Assembly (NCBI GenBank): GCA_905373565.1
Contig: CAJPTT010000001.1
Coordinates: 1 to 33,945, forward strand
Reading direction: 5' to 3'
Length of the DNA: 33,945 bases
Origin: an uncultured Treponema sp.
GTDB lineage: Bacteria > Spirochaetota > Spirochaetia > Treponematales > Treponemataceae
Made by a program: the position numbers and the translations under genes. Below are positions 7,275 to 16,235 of this stretch, one piece after another (the first letter of the stretch is position 1; every line of letters begins with the position of its first letter). The notes beneath the pieces are model-generated. The model did no database searches and had not been told where the DNA came from. It saw only the letters and a program-made list of their open reading frames with translations.

Positions 7275-9797
7275 TCACACCGCCTTTTCATTTTCTATAA
7301 AATCAAACAATGTCGGACTGGAGCTTTCAAGGTCGGCTTCTTTAAGGTAAAAAAGTCCGTCATGGTAGCTTTTTGCGTTTAACTCAATCCCGATACCTTT
7401 GCGGCCCTTTTTTACCGCGCATAAAGGCACCGTCATTAAACCTGCAAACGGGTCAAGTACCGTATCTCCCTTGTTCGTATAGCGCTCGATAATCCTATCT
7501 ACTATGTCTATCTGCAAAGGACATATATGCATTTCAAGCTCTTTTCTCGATTGTTCGCTGTTAAGCGTATGCATGCGGTTAATATCATCCCAGACCATAC
7601 CGCTCCAGCTTCCGCAAGACACAACCGAAAAACTTGCCGGCAGCTTGTCATCATCGTCCAAATCCTGCGCAAGGTGCGTATGTTCCTCATAGTCATACAC
7701 CGTCTTTCTTGAGTACTCGCGGTACGCTTGTCCGATATCGGTTATCGCGCATTCTTTAAGCTCGTCGCTTGTTAAAAGCCTGTCTCCGCTCGATCGCCAA
7801 AAAGCGCTTGCGTCAATCTGCCATTGCGCCCGGCCGTAATCTGCCTTGTCTTTTACTACCGGTGTATCAGCGTAGGCGCGCGAAGTGTCGCTGGGCAGTT
7901 TGCGGAATAACAGCACGTATTCAGGACAACCGACACCCATTTTCGTGCCGTCCTTACATTGCTCGGTCCAACCGAGCCTGTAGGTTTGATTGTTTTCGCG
8001 CACCACATCGGTCAACACGATAATCCTGCCCATGTACTGGAAGCCGTGCTTGATAAAATGAAAGACGGTCATGTCGCTAAACGGATCGACCGTCGGCATA
8101 CCCGTACCGGTTGCATTACCGAATAAAATCCTGTCCTTTACATGAATAGCTGCAATACGGCCGGGCTTTAAGACGCGCAAAAGTTCCGGCGTCAAATAAT
8201 CCATCTGTTCAAAAAACCGGTTATTGTCTTCGTTGTGCCCGAAATCGTTATAACTGGGTGTATATTCGTAATGATTTGAAAACGGAATAGAGGTATGGAT
8301 AAGGTCGATACTGTTATCCGCCATATGCGGCAGTTCCAGACAATTATCATTATTGATGGCAACGTAATTTTCGCCCTTACATTCCTGCCGATCGATACCG
8401 ATAGTACGTGCAAGTTTTTCAATTGTTGATGTACTCGAAAGCCCGTTCTTTTTGATAATCTCGGTCATCTTTTCGACAAGATAATTGTGCTGCCGCCATT
8501 TTTCCTGCAACGTGTTTAATATCGATTGCTCCGATTCTGCGTAGACGATGTGGATTTCAACCTTTTCTTTTTGCCCGAAGCGGTAGATGCGGTGTATCGC
8601 CTGTATAAAATCGTTGAACTTATAACCGATACCTAGGAATATGGCTTTATGGCAATGGTACTGCATATTGCAGCCTTGCCCCGAAATGTCAGGCTTTGTG
8701 GCAAGGTATTGCACCTTGCCCTTTTCAAAATCAAGCGTCAACTCCGTGTTTTTCTCGTAATCCTGCGATCCGAACACTTCGGCACACGAGGGCAGCGCTT
8801 TTTTTATCGCATGCCGCTCAACCTCCAAATCGTGCCAGATAACAAAATGGTCGTCCGGTGCGGCATCGAGTATCTCTGTCATTTTTTTAATACGGTACGG
8901 CAGACTGTCCCGTTTTTCTTTTGCCGCCTCTTTTAAGCCCAGCGCCGCATCCCGGAATAATTTTACCTGCTTGTCTTTATCAAGCCCTGCCGTCGAATGG
9001 TCGACGTCTACTTTATGGTAAATGACCTGCATTTCGGGCAGCACATAGCCAGTATCGTCATAGCCTAAATCGGACGGCTTGGTGATAAAAAGCGCCCATG
9101 TCGATACCCACAGCCAAAACTCTTTTTCTTTATGCGGATAAAGCGTAAGGTTATTTGCTTTTGTACTGTCCCGGTGAAAAAAACGGGTTAAAGCCTGCCC
9201 TGTATCCATTACGCCTAAAAAGCCCGCATAGTGGATAAGCTCTTTATAGCGGTTCGGGCTGGGCGTTGCCGTTGCGACAAACTTATATTTTACCGACTTA
9301 AACTTCGGCAAAAACTCCTGGTACGTCTTCGAGCCGAACGAGCGCAAAACCGACGCCTCATCAAGCGATACGGCGGTAAAATAATCAGGCTGTATATCGC
9401 CGTCGCGTACTCGCTCATAATTGGTTATTAAAATCCGCTCTTGTGCGATTTCGGCTTCCGCCTGTGTTTTTATGTACCGGACCCGTAAACCGTCAAGTAA
9501 GTTCGCCGCATCTTCTTGGAACACATGTACGATATTCAACGGGGTTACGATAAGAGCCTTGCCGTCCTCGCGGGTTAAAAGCAAGCGCATTATTTCAAGC
9601 TGCGTGATCGTTTTCCCCAAGCCGAACGCACTGAAAAGAGCGCGCTGTCCGCCTTTTAATGCCCACAATACACTGTCCCTCTGGTGCGGTTTTAAGGCAG
9701 GATGTACGTCTTCCGGCAAAAACTCAATACCCTTATCGGGGGCTATTTGTATTTTGCTGCGCAAAAATTGTTCGTAGGTGGGTTTTTCAGTTATCAT
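7275..9797 (-). CDS. SF2 (SNF2-like) helicase fused to a beta-class N4/N6 DNA methyltransferase
   Basis: Walker A FGLGKT, LDEAS, TATPSPN, QAIHRIYRFGQ. C-terminal TSIPF catalytic-type motif precedes the SAM-binding VLDPFAG. Confidence 0.9.
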   Translation of the reverse strand: MITEKPTYEQFLRSKIQIAPDKGIEFLPEDVHPALKPHQRDSVLWALKGGQRALFSAFGLGKTITQLEIMRLLLTREDGKALIVTPLNIVHVFQEDAANLLDGLRVRYIKTQAEAEIAQERILITNYERVRDGDIQPDYFTAVSLDEASVLRSFGSKTYQEFLPKFKSVKYKFVATATPSPNRYKELIHYAGFLGVMDTGQALTRFFHRDSTKANNLTLYPHKEKEFWLWVSTWALFITKPSDLGYDDTGYVLPEMQVIYHKVDVDHSTAGLDKDKQVKLFRDAALGLKEAAKEKRDSLPYRIKKMTEILDAAPDDHFVIWHDLEVERHAIKKALPSCAEVFGSQDYEKNTELTLDFEKGKVQYLATKPDISGQGCNMQYHCHKAIFLGIGYKFNDFIQAIHRIYRFGQKEKVEIHIVYAESEQSILNTLQEKWRQHNYLVEKMTEIIKKNGLSSTSTIEKLARTIGIDRQECKGENYVAINNDNCLELPHMADNSIDLIHTSIPFSNHYEYTPSYNDFGHNEDNNRFFEQMDYLTPELLRVLKPGRIAAIHVKDRILFGNATGTGMPTVDPFSDMTVFHFIKHGFQYMGRIIVLTDVVRENNQTYRLGWTEQCKDGTKMGVGCPEYVLLFRKLPSDTSRAYADTPVVKDKADYGRAQWQIDASAFWRSSGDRLLTSDELKECAITDIGQAYREYSRKTVYDYEEHTHLAQDLDDDDKLPASFSVVSCGSWSGMVWDDINRMHTLNSEQSRKELEMHICPLQIDIVDRIIERYTNKGDTVLDPFAGLMTVPLCAVKKGRKGIGIELNAKSYHDGLFYLKEADLESSSPTLFDFIENEKAV

Positions 9798-9806
9798 ATA
9801 CAGCCC

Positions 9807-10082
9807 CTAGGCTTGTGCTTCTGCGATCGAAATGTTACTTGCTTTTAGCTTAAAGCCTTCGGCAGCATTCAGATAAAACCGTTTAAGATTGCTATCAAGC
9901 ATATTGCGAGCTTTTAGCATACACTCGTTGCGCTTACCCGCGAGATACTCATAAACAGAAGGCTCTTGCCGGCGTAAGCTTTGGACGATGAATGTTTCTT
10001 TTTGGCCGGACTTATTCTCCGGCACAGAAATAATTACGGCAACCGGCCGCTCCCACCATTTTTCATTTACAGGTTTTTCCAT
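9807..10082 (-). CDS. Hypothetical protein, first gene of the early operon
   Basis: Start reassigned to ATG 10082 (MEKPVNEKWW) with a GGGGAG RBS. The upstream in-frame TTG at 10157 lies inside the structured leader. Confidence 0.72.
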   Translation of the reverse strand: MEKPVNEKWWERPVAVIISVPENKSGQKETFIVQSLRRQEPSVYEYLAGKRNECMLKARNMLDSNLKRFYLNAAEGFKLKASNISIAEAQA

Positions 10083-10100
10083 TATAATCTCCCCGGGCAA

Positions 10101-10142
10101 TAAAAAAAGCACACTCGGCGGTGTTCGTCGCCTTGTGTGCTT
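10101..10142 (-). terminator. Intrinsic terminator / attenuator hairpin in the early leader
   Basis: Minus strand reads AAGCACAC-aa-GGCG-acgaacac-CGCC-ga-GTGTGCTT, running into a T7 tract. Confidence 0.75.
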
Positions 10143-10238
10143 AAAAAAAAGCGCCAAAAGCGCTCAGGCAGCCGAACACCATACCGCCTGAGAGCTCTTA
10201 TTAAGTAAATGACCTTGTATAAAAATCATTTACTGTAT
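10101..10238 (-). ncRNA. Candidate structured leader / small RNA (three hairpins, complementary loops)
   Basis: Hairpins at 10204-10234, 10160-10195 (the G-U pair works only on the minus strand) and 10107-10142. Loops GGTGTTCG and CGAACACC are complementary. A minus-strand TATAAT lies at 10245-10250. Confidence 0.55.
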
Positions 10239-10244
10239 GGGGGT

Positions 10245-10273
10245 ATTATAATCATAGATTAGCTACAGTGGAA
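10245..10273 (-). promoter_or_regulatory. Putative early promoter
   Basis: Perfect TATAAT at 10250-10245. The -35 at 17-bp spacing is weak (TTCCAC). Confidence 0.4.
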
Positions 10274-10283
10274 AATATTTTAC

Positions 10284-10312
10284 TTGCATTTTTCCATATG
10301 TTAAGTTAATAT
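10284..10312 (+). promoter_or_regulatory. Putative sigma70 promoter for the plus-strand accessory genes
   Basis: TTGCAT-N17-TAATAT, then an AGAGGG RBS and the GTG start at 10333. Confidence 0.5.
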
Positions 10313-10332
10313 ATTTTCAGAGGGTATTAAGC

Positions 10333-11007
10333 GTGAAAAAGGTAGTTATTGTTTTTGTTTTAGCTATATTGTCTTCAAAGATTATAGCAAAAGAAACTCT
10401 TTCTATTGGTTTTCAATACGGAAACATTTGGGAAAAAATAAGCAAGCCGGAAGGCACGGCGACATCATGGGTAGGATCTCCCGGAATAGCACTTAATGCC
10501 TATAGCTTTAGACGGCACCCAAATATCGGTATTTTTATTCAAGACAGTTTTTTGTTTCCTGCAAACTCTCGCCTGACGGTAAATGGCATAACCGTTGTAG
10601 ATGGAGTAAAAGAAACAAATTTTGCTTTTTTGTTTGAATTTGCAATAGGACCTGTATACAGATTTAACCTATCAGAAAAGACAAGCACCAATATAGCTAT
10701 AGGACCAAACATCTCATTACTCAACACAAAAGCGGAAAAATATATCTATAATCCCTTTTTGTCTATAACTGAGTGTCTTTATGTTAAAAACTTTGCTTTT
10801 GCCGCAGGCTTCATGATAAACTCAAACATAAAGCGTAATATTACTAAATTTTTATGTATTGACATAGGGGCAAAATTCGTATTTGATTTTGCAAATTATA
10901 TAAAAATTACCTCAAATGTCACTGCTATCCCGAACGTATCAAGATGGAATTCTGGATATTTTGGCTTCCATCTTGCGCCCTATATCGCTGTAGGTTTCAA
11001 TATTTAA
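10333..11007 (+). CDS. Predicted outer-membrane beta-barrel protein (Treponema DUF2715-like), moron
   Basis: Signal peptide MKKVVIVFVLAILSSKIIA, alternating amphipathic strands, C-terminal APYIAVGFNI. AT-rich and on the opposite strand to the phage genes. Confidence 0.75.
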   Translation: MKKVVIVFVLAILSSKIIAKETLSIGFQYGNIWEKISKPEGTATSWVGSPGIALNAYSFRRHPNIGIFIQDSFLFPANSRLTVNGITVVDGVKETNFAFLFEFAIGPVYRFNLSEKTSTNIAIGPNISLLNTKAEKYIYNPFLSITECLYVKNFAFAAGFMINSNIKRNITKFLCIDIGAKFVFDFANYIKITSNVTAIPNVSRWNSGYFGFHLAPYIAVGFNI

Positions 11008-11143
11008 TTTTGACCTTACACAGTTTTTACGAAGTCTTGCCCTTGTACAGACGTTGAGAACTTAGCAAAGCTGTTTGCGCTATTCGGGAAATATGGGAAT
11101 ATTAAAAATAAAGATCTGGAATATGTGTGTCGATATACATAAC

Positions 11144-11803
11144 ATGAAAAGATACACTGTCGCATTGTTTTTTGTTGCTTTTTGCTCCGTTCTTTCAGCG
11201 CAAGTATTTACGTCGGTAGACGCGCAATACGATTGCGCATACAAATTTAAAAGTGAAACAACATCCGCACAATGGGATACACAGCTTGTGTACAAGTTAT
11301 CTGCCTATTGGTTCCCTAATAATAGCCCGTTCGGCGTTTTTTCATATGTAAGCGGGGGAGTGTTGCCGCTAACGCGAGGGTATTCTATTGATAAAAAAGT
11401 TACAGATTTTTTTATTATGTTTAACCCGCGTATAGGTATCGGTGCAGGATTCAAATACCCGGTAACACAGAAAATAATGCTAAAAACGGGAATAGCGGCA
11501 AGTATCGATTTTCAGATTCTTCAAAGCGAATTCAAAACAACGCACATTCGTCGCAATGAAGCGAAACTAACCGATTTTATTGTGATATTCGGCATAACAA
11601 ATGACATAGGGGCTAAGTATACACTTTCAAAGAGTCTTTATATTGACTTTGGAGCAACCTTGGGATTATGGTATGCAAATTATATCCACAGTAAAAATAT
11701 CTACAGCACCCGCCCGACTGATATTATCGATAGATGGGAGAAAAAATATTTTAAATTTTCCGCCGCTCCATTTGTAGGGTTGGGACTAAAACTCCCTCTG
11801 TGA
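11144..11803 (+). CDS. Predicted outer-membrane beta-barrel protein (DUF2715-like paralog), moron
   Basis: Start reassigned to ATG 11144: signal peptide MKRYTVALFFVAFCSVLSA/Q. Shares the IG.G..Y, K..I/L.K.L.ID.GA and AP.V.LG patterns with the preceding gene. Confidence 0.72.
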   Translation: MKRYTVALFFVAFCSVLSAQVFTSVDAQYDCAYKFKSETTSAQWDTQLVYKLSAYWFPNNSPFGVFSYVSGGVLPLTRGYSIDKKVTDFFIMFNPRIGIGAGFKYPVTQKIMLKTGIAASIDFQILQSEFKTTHIRRNEAKLTDFIVIFGITNDIGAKYTLSKSLYIDFGATLGLWYANYIHSKNIYSTRPTDIIDRWEKKYFKFSAAPFVGLGLKLPL

Positions 11804-11804
11804 A

Positions 11805-13505
11805 TTACGGTACGACGTGTAACAGGTTTTCGCTATCCCGATATATTGTTCCTGAAACATAAGAATCACTATATCCAACCGGCAAATTTCTTAGCAAGAG
11901 GGTAAAACTCTCTGCATTAAGCGTTATTTGTAGCGGCGAGTCAATTTTGTCTCCTTCAATGATTTCTATTTCTTTAGGGTCCTCTTTATAATCATAGTCT
12001 TCTTCTTTGATACGATGAAGTTCATAATCTAAACGCTTTAAGACAAGGTATGTTCCGTTTTTATAAATTTGTTTAGTTCCATCCTGATAATACAATTCCA
12101 TTTCCGTAAAGGCGCCCTTCGCATGTTGTCTCCATACTCTGCGAAAAGTCCTTCCGAACACATCTCTTTCACACCCACCATTTGCGTGTACGACCCGGTC
12201 GAAGTCTCTATATTTTATTAGAAAGCCTTTTAGAGCTTTTACATACATTCCCGTACACAAGAAAAACCCTTGCCCGTGAATAGTTTCCGAGATTTTTTTA
12301 CAAACTGTATACACAAGTGTTCCTGCATTAAAGGAGAAAGAGTTTTCTCCCGGCGATTTAAGCGCTAATAACAAAGGCCCCGCTTCGATAGAACCACTAA
12401 AAAAACTTTGTCCGTCCGGAGTTACCTCGAATATCTTTTTATTATCTTTTGTTGCTCGCACCCCTGCTGTTTCATTTATCACCAGTTCAAAGTTATCGGG
12501 GTTCGCCGTGTCGCTGTCTACCAGCAGCTTTTTAGTTACCAGCTTATCAATGAACGCTTCGTTCGTTGCCAGCTTGCTTATAAATGCATCGCTGGTAATA
12601 AGTTTTTCGACAAACGCTTCCTGTGCTACTAACAGTTTGGCAAACAGCGCCCCGTAATGTCCTGTATCTTGTACCAGTTCAGGGATTTCACAAATATGGG
12701 ATAGACAAGCTTGGTATTGTGCTTCGTAATTATATTCAGGCTCAAGGTTAAGCCACATCATTCCAGTCCAGCGATAACACACGCCCGCTTTCCATCCGCC
12801 GACGGTTTTACTCATAAGTACCCAATCGCCGATACTCGCATATACGGCACCCAAATGCTCACCTTTAACAATAATGACAACTCTGTTTGCCGGTACTGTT
12901 TCGCATACGCCTAAATATTTTGCTGCCGTATTTTGCGCTATATTCTCTATCTGAGTCGGTGGCATACCGCTACTTATAAGATAGTACAGACCGCTTATCT
13001 GCTCTTTTTTTAACAGCTCTTCATATATGCAGACTTCGTCAAAAGTTGCATGAGTTTTCCCGCCGCCTAAAACAAAGCCGTCAGAAAGGTCTATCGGCTT
13101 ATTTCCCGTTGGCACTTCATGTACAAGTGTCGCATTTTTATATATTTTTAAGGTACCGTTTTTGATAAACATAAACACCCAGTGAGTAAGTTCTGTGTCA
13201 TCAATAAGTTCAGTTTCTATATCAGTTCCATTCGGCAGCGTAATATGCAACTTACCTGTTGTATGGTCAAAAAGAGCGGTACAGTTCTTAAATACAAAAA
13301 TGCCGCGATCGCTATCTGTTTCCGGTACACCGTCCCATGTTCGCCAAAGCGATAAGCTCATAACATTATAGCTTCCCGTTATGGCAACACTGCCATGTCC
13401 TGCCGGTAAATACACCGCGTTTCCCAGTACCCCCGTTACAATTTGCGCATCGGGCGGTAATACCATGTTTGCCACTGCATTGGGCGCGTAATTGATCGCT
13501 TCCAT
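11805..13505 (-). CDS. Tail fibre / host-specificity protein with LamG-like N-terminal domain
   Basis: LTHWVF...LKIYKNA...FVLGG...FDEVCIY is concanavalin/LamG-like. Has 10-aa tandem repeats and an AT-rich C-terminal region; lies at the end of the tail module. Confidence 0.68.
   Translation of the reverse strand: MEAINYAPNAVANMVLPPDAQIVTGVLGNAVYLPAGHGSVAITGSYNVMSLSLWRTWDGVPETDSDRGIFVFKNCTALFDHTTGKLHITLPNGTDIETELIDDTELTHWVFMFIKNGTLKIYKNATLVHEVPTGNKPIDLSDGFVLGGGKTHATFDEVCIYEELLKKEQISGLYYLISSGMPPTQIENIAQNTAAKYLGVCETVPANRVVIIVKGEHLGAVYASIGDWVLMSKTVGGWKAGVCYRWTGMMWLNLEPEYNYEAQYQACLSHICEIPELVQDTGHYGALFAKLLVAQEAFVEKLITSDAFISKLATNEAFIDKLVTKKLLVDSDTANPDNFELVINETAGVRATKDNKKIFEVTPDGQSFFSGSIEAGPLLLALKSPGENSFSFNAGTLVYTVCKKISETIHGQGFFLCTGMYVKALKGFLIKYRDFDRVVHANGGCERDVFGRTFRRVWRQHAKGAFTEMELYYQDGTKQIYKNGTYLVLKRLDYELHRIKEEDYDYKEDPKEIEIIEGDKIDSPLQITLNAESFTLLLRNLPVGYSDSYVSGTIYRDSENLLHVVP
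12526..12650 (-). repeat. 30-bp-period (10-aa) tandem coding repeat
   Basis: AFVEKLITSD / AFISKLATNE / AFIDKLVTKK, preceded by the degenerate ALFAKLLVAQE. Confidence 0.8.
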
Positions 13506-14630
13506 TTATTCTCCCTCGCTTTCGGTAAACATACCGCCAAAATAAAAATATCGCTCATTTTCAGGCACCTGAATATCCAGTTGCAAACAGTGCAAACCCG
13601 ATATGTCAATTGTGTTTGCGGTAACCTCGCTTGCGCTCATGTGGATAAAGCTCCAGCGATATTTAAACACATCGTGCCGGATTCGGGCAAAATTGCCGAC
13701 AGGGATTGCATCGTATCGGTATACGGTATGTGTTTTCGCCCCTGAAAAAACGGGGTTAGGGATATTGTAATCGTTCCAGCACAAAACGCCGATTAAAAAG
13801 GCTTTGTCCGTTTTTTGGTACGGTATACGTACATCTTTGTAAGTTTTGTTTGTGGCAAAATACGCCATTGTCAACTGCTCATATAAATCGTAGTATATTG
13901 CTTTGCCTTGTGAGCCGTAGAAATCGCGGGTAAGCACATATGACGGAGTCCATAAAAAATCGGTGTTGCGCTCGGCATACGCCCAGCCGCCGATATACCA
14001 TGTTGCAACACTTGACGACAGGGCAATATACGCATAGCCATTGTCGTCAAGGTGCAAGTCGGAGCTGTTATAATTAAAGGCAATCCACTGATAGTAACGG
14101 CTTACCCATGCATGAGCGTTGTCCGGGCCGAGCGTAACGGATTTACCGATATCGCTATGTTTATCCGCGCACCCGCTGCCTAAAAACGTTACGGGGGCCT
14201 TACTCACCGGGTCTGCAAGCCATGCGCTTATTATACCGTGTGCCCAGCTGTCAGCATTTGGATATTTTATAAAAAAGGTGCCATCATTGTTTGCACCAGG
14301 TTTAAACTTAATTACAACATAGTTGACGGGTACTTGATTAGTACAGTTTGTTATGGTCGTTTTACCCTCGCAGGTTATCATGTTTTGCGATTTCCACTTT
14401 CCGTATTTTTTTATTTGACCCGCACCCACGTTGATAATATCGGTTATCGGCTCGTCGGTAAGCTGATAATCGGCTAAGCCGTCCCAGATTATTTTATGAT
14501 TACTGTATAACGACGGCGGTAAAGGCCTCGTTTGCTGTAACAACGCCAGATTATTATCAATTTTATTGTTAAGCTGATTATACGTGTCGGTCAAGCGGTT
14601 GACCGCTTGCAATATTTGTTCGTTTGTCAT
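13506..14630 (-). CDS. Putative tail spike / receptor-binding protein
   Basis: Short N-terminal coiled coil followed by an aromatic, beta-rich body; lies between two tail genes. The ORF is solid but the function is inferred. Confidence 0.55.
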   Translation of the reverse strand: MTNEQILQAVNRLTDTYNQLNNKIDNNLALLQQTRPLPPSLYSNHKIIWDGLADYQLTDEPITDIINVGAGQIKKYGKWKSQNMITCEGKTTITNCTNQVPVNYVVIKFKPGANNDGTFFIKYPNADSWAHGIISAWLADPVSKAPVTFLGSGCADKHSDIGKSVTLGPDNAHAWVSRYYQWIAFNYNSSDLHLDDNGYAYIALSSSVATWYIGGWAYAERNTDFLWTPSYVLTRDFYGSQGKAIYYDLYEQLTMAYFATNKTYKDVRIPYQKTDKAFLIGVLCWNDYNIPNPVFSGAKTHTVYRYDAIPVGNFARIRHDVFKYRWSFIHMSASEVTANTIDISGLHCLQLDIQVPENERYFYFGGMFTESEGE

Positions 14631-14645
14631 TCTACTTTATCTCCT

Positions 14646-16235
14646 CTATATGACTTTTATGAACGGGTATACCGCATAGCTTTTTACGCGGTTGTCTTCT
14701 GCCGTCGGTACCACGCGCGAGGCGTCAAAGTTTTGTATATTTGCATAGTCATTATACTGCGATGTTCCGGCGTCGATCGTACCGATTGCTTCAACATTAA
14801 AAGCGCCTTCGCCGAGAGCATGGTTGGCACCAACAGTGCCCTGCGCACCAAAACGCCCCGTAATGTTACGTATCGCATCGCCCTGATACTCCAGCGCCAT
14901 ACCTGCTCCGCCGCGTCCCGCCCCGTCGTCGACTGCTCGCAGCGACACGCCGCGTAAGTCGGGCAAGCGCGGGTACCCGAAGCGGTCATAGCCCAAATAG
15001 TTTTTTTTGCGCGGGTCGCTAAAGTTTTTAAGCCAAAACGCGTAGTATTCGGGATATAGCTCCGGCACAAACGCATAGCCGTTTGCGTACAAAAAGCCGT
15101 AGGTATAGCCCTTGCTTGTAAAATAGCGCACCTCGCCGAGTTGCCCCGATTCGCGCACGAAACGGTCGGCTGCGGCATTATTTACCTCGTCGATTTTATC
15201 TCGTATAAAGGCTTCAATTTTATTTTTTTCATTAAAAACAAATGTATGTACGTCATTTTTATATTCGTTTGTTGTATTCTGTATAAGTGTTTCAACTTCT
15301 GTTTTTGCCTCGTCGATAACGCCTGCAACATCCGATTTTTTCAATTCGCCGGTAAAAGACCATATATTGCCCAATATGTCTACTACCGCATAACAGCCTG
15401 ATCCGTACGTTTTTTCCGTTATGTGCTGTACAATAGTTTGTGTGTGTTCCTTTCCGGTAGTAATTGTTACGGCTTTAGTTCCTGTTAAACGGTACACAAA
15501 CTGATATTGCTTTGCTCCGTTCCCGTTTGCCTCGTCAAAATAAATATAAAAGGTACAATCTTCTTGAGGTTCTCCTTTCAAGATGATAACGGCGTTTAAT
15601 GCGTCAAAAAAACTCATCCGCACTTCTGTTCTGCCGGTTAAATCGTATTCAATGACAAAGCTGTGCCATGCCGTAAAAGAGGGGTTGACCTTTGCAATAT
15701 GACGTTGTTTTTCGTCAAAGTTGCAGTATAAACTGCTTTTTATTTTGTGCGGCAGGCCGATTTTCGCATCGGAGCCGTCTTTAGCTATCTGTAGTGCTGC
15801 AAGATTTTTATAGTAAGTTGCAAACGTCTTGTTAAAGATTTCTCGGTCAACCGTAAGAGGCGTGCTCATATCGTCAAAGATTTTAAGCTCGTTATAAAGA
15901 TATGCAACTAAAGTATTGTATGCTTTTTTATAAGCCTGTATATCTGTCATGTTCTTTTTGGCAGTTTCTGCTTTTATAAGCACAACCGGATATTCTGTTT
16001 CTATAATCGTTATTTCTTTTTTTAATAATTGTTTTTCATTCGCACTGATAACGCCGTCAGCCGATATGTTTTCGTATAACTTTTGCATTTCAGCCACAAT
16101 ACGCTTTTGTTGTGCGTCGCTTGTTTGCAAGTGCGTGTGTATAGAGTTTAACCGGTCGTTATCCAGCTTCCCCAGTACATTAAGAGAGCCGACGGTTAAC
16201 GCTTCGTAACTCTTATCGTTTGCTTGCAAGTTCAT
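14646..16235 (-). CDS. Tail fibre protein with tail-collar domain
   Basis: Start at ATG 16235 (TAATG overlap with the upstream stop). GEVRYF...GFLYANG...LPDLRG..LRAVDDGAG...QGDAIRNITG...NFDASRVVPTAEDNR. Confidence 0.85.
   Translation of the reverse strand: MNLQANDKSYEALTVGSLNVLGKLDNDRLNSIHTHLQTSDAQQKRIVAEMQKLYENISADGVISANEKQLLKKEITIIETEYPVVLIKAETAKKNMTDIQAYKKAYNTLVAYLYNELKIFDDMSTPLTVDREIFNKTFATYYKNLAALQIAKDGSDAKIGLPHKIKSSLYCNFDEKQRHIAKVNPSFTAWHSFVIEYDLTGRTEVRMSFFDALNAVIILKGEPQEDCTFYIYFDEANGNGAKQYQFVYRLTGTKAVTITTGKEHTQTIVQHITEKTYGSGCYAVVDILGNIWSFTGELKKSDVAGVIDEAKTEVETLIQNTTNEYKNDVHTFVFNEKNKIEAFIRDKIDEVNNAAADRFVRESGQLGEVRYFTSKGYTYGFLYANGYAFVPELYPEYYAFWLKNFSDPRKKNYLGYDRFGYPRLPDLRGVSLRAVDDGAGRGGAGMALEYQGDAIRNITGRFGAQGTVGANHALGEGAFNVEAIGTIDAGTSQYNDYANIQNFDASRVVPTAEDNRVKSYAVYPFIKVI

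Noticed and set aside
11008..11143. Intergenic gap as a DGR template repeat or mini-CRISPR array
   Set aside because: No similarity seen to tail-gene 3' ends and no repeated unit.
14684..15178. 164-aa same-strand alternative-frame ORF in the tail-collar gene, considered as a nested spanin or frameshift product
   Set aside because: No signal peptide or lipobox, and an Arg/Ala/Thr-rich off-frame composition. I saw no supporting RBS or slippery site.
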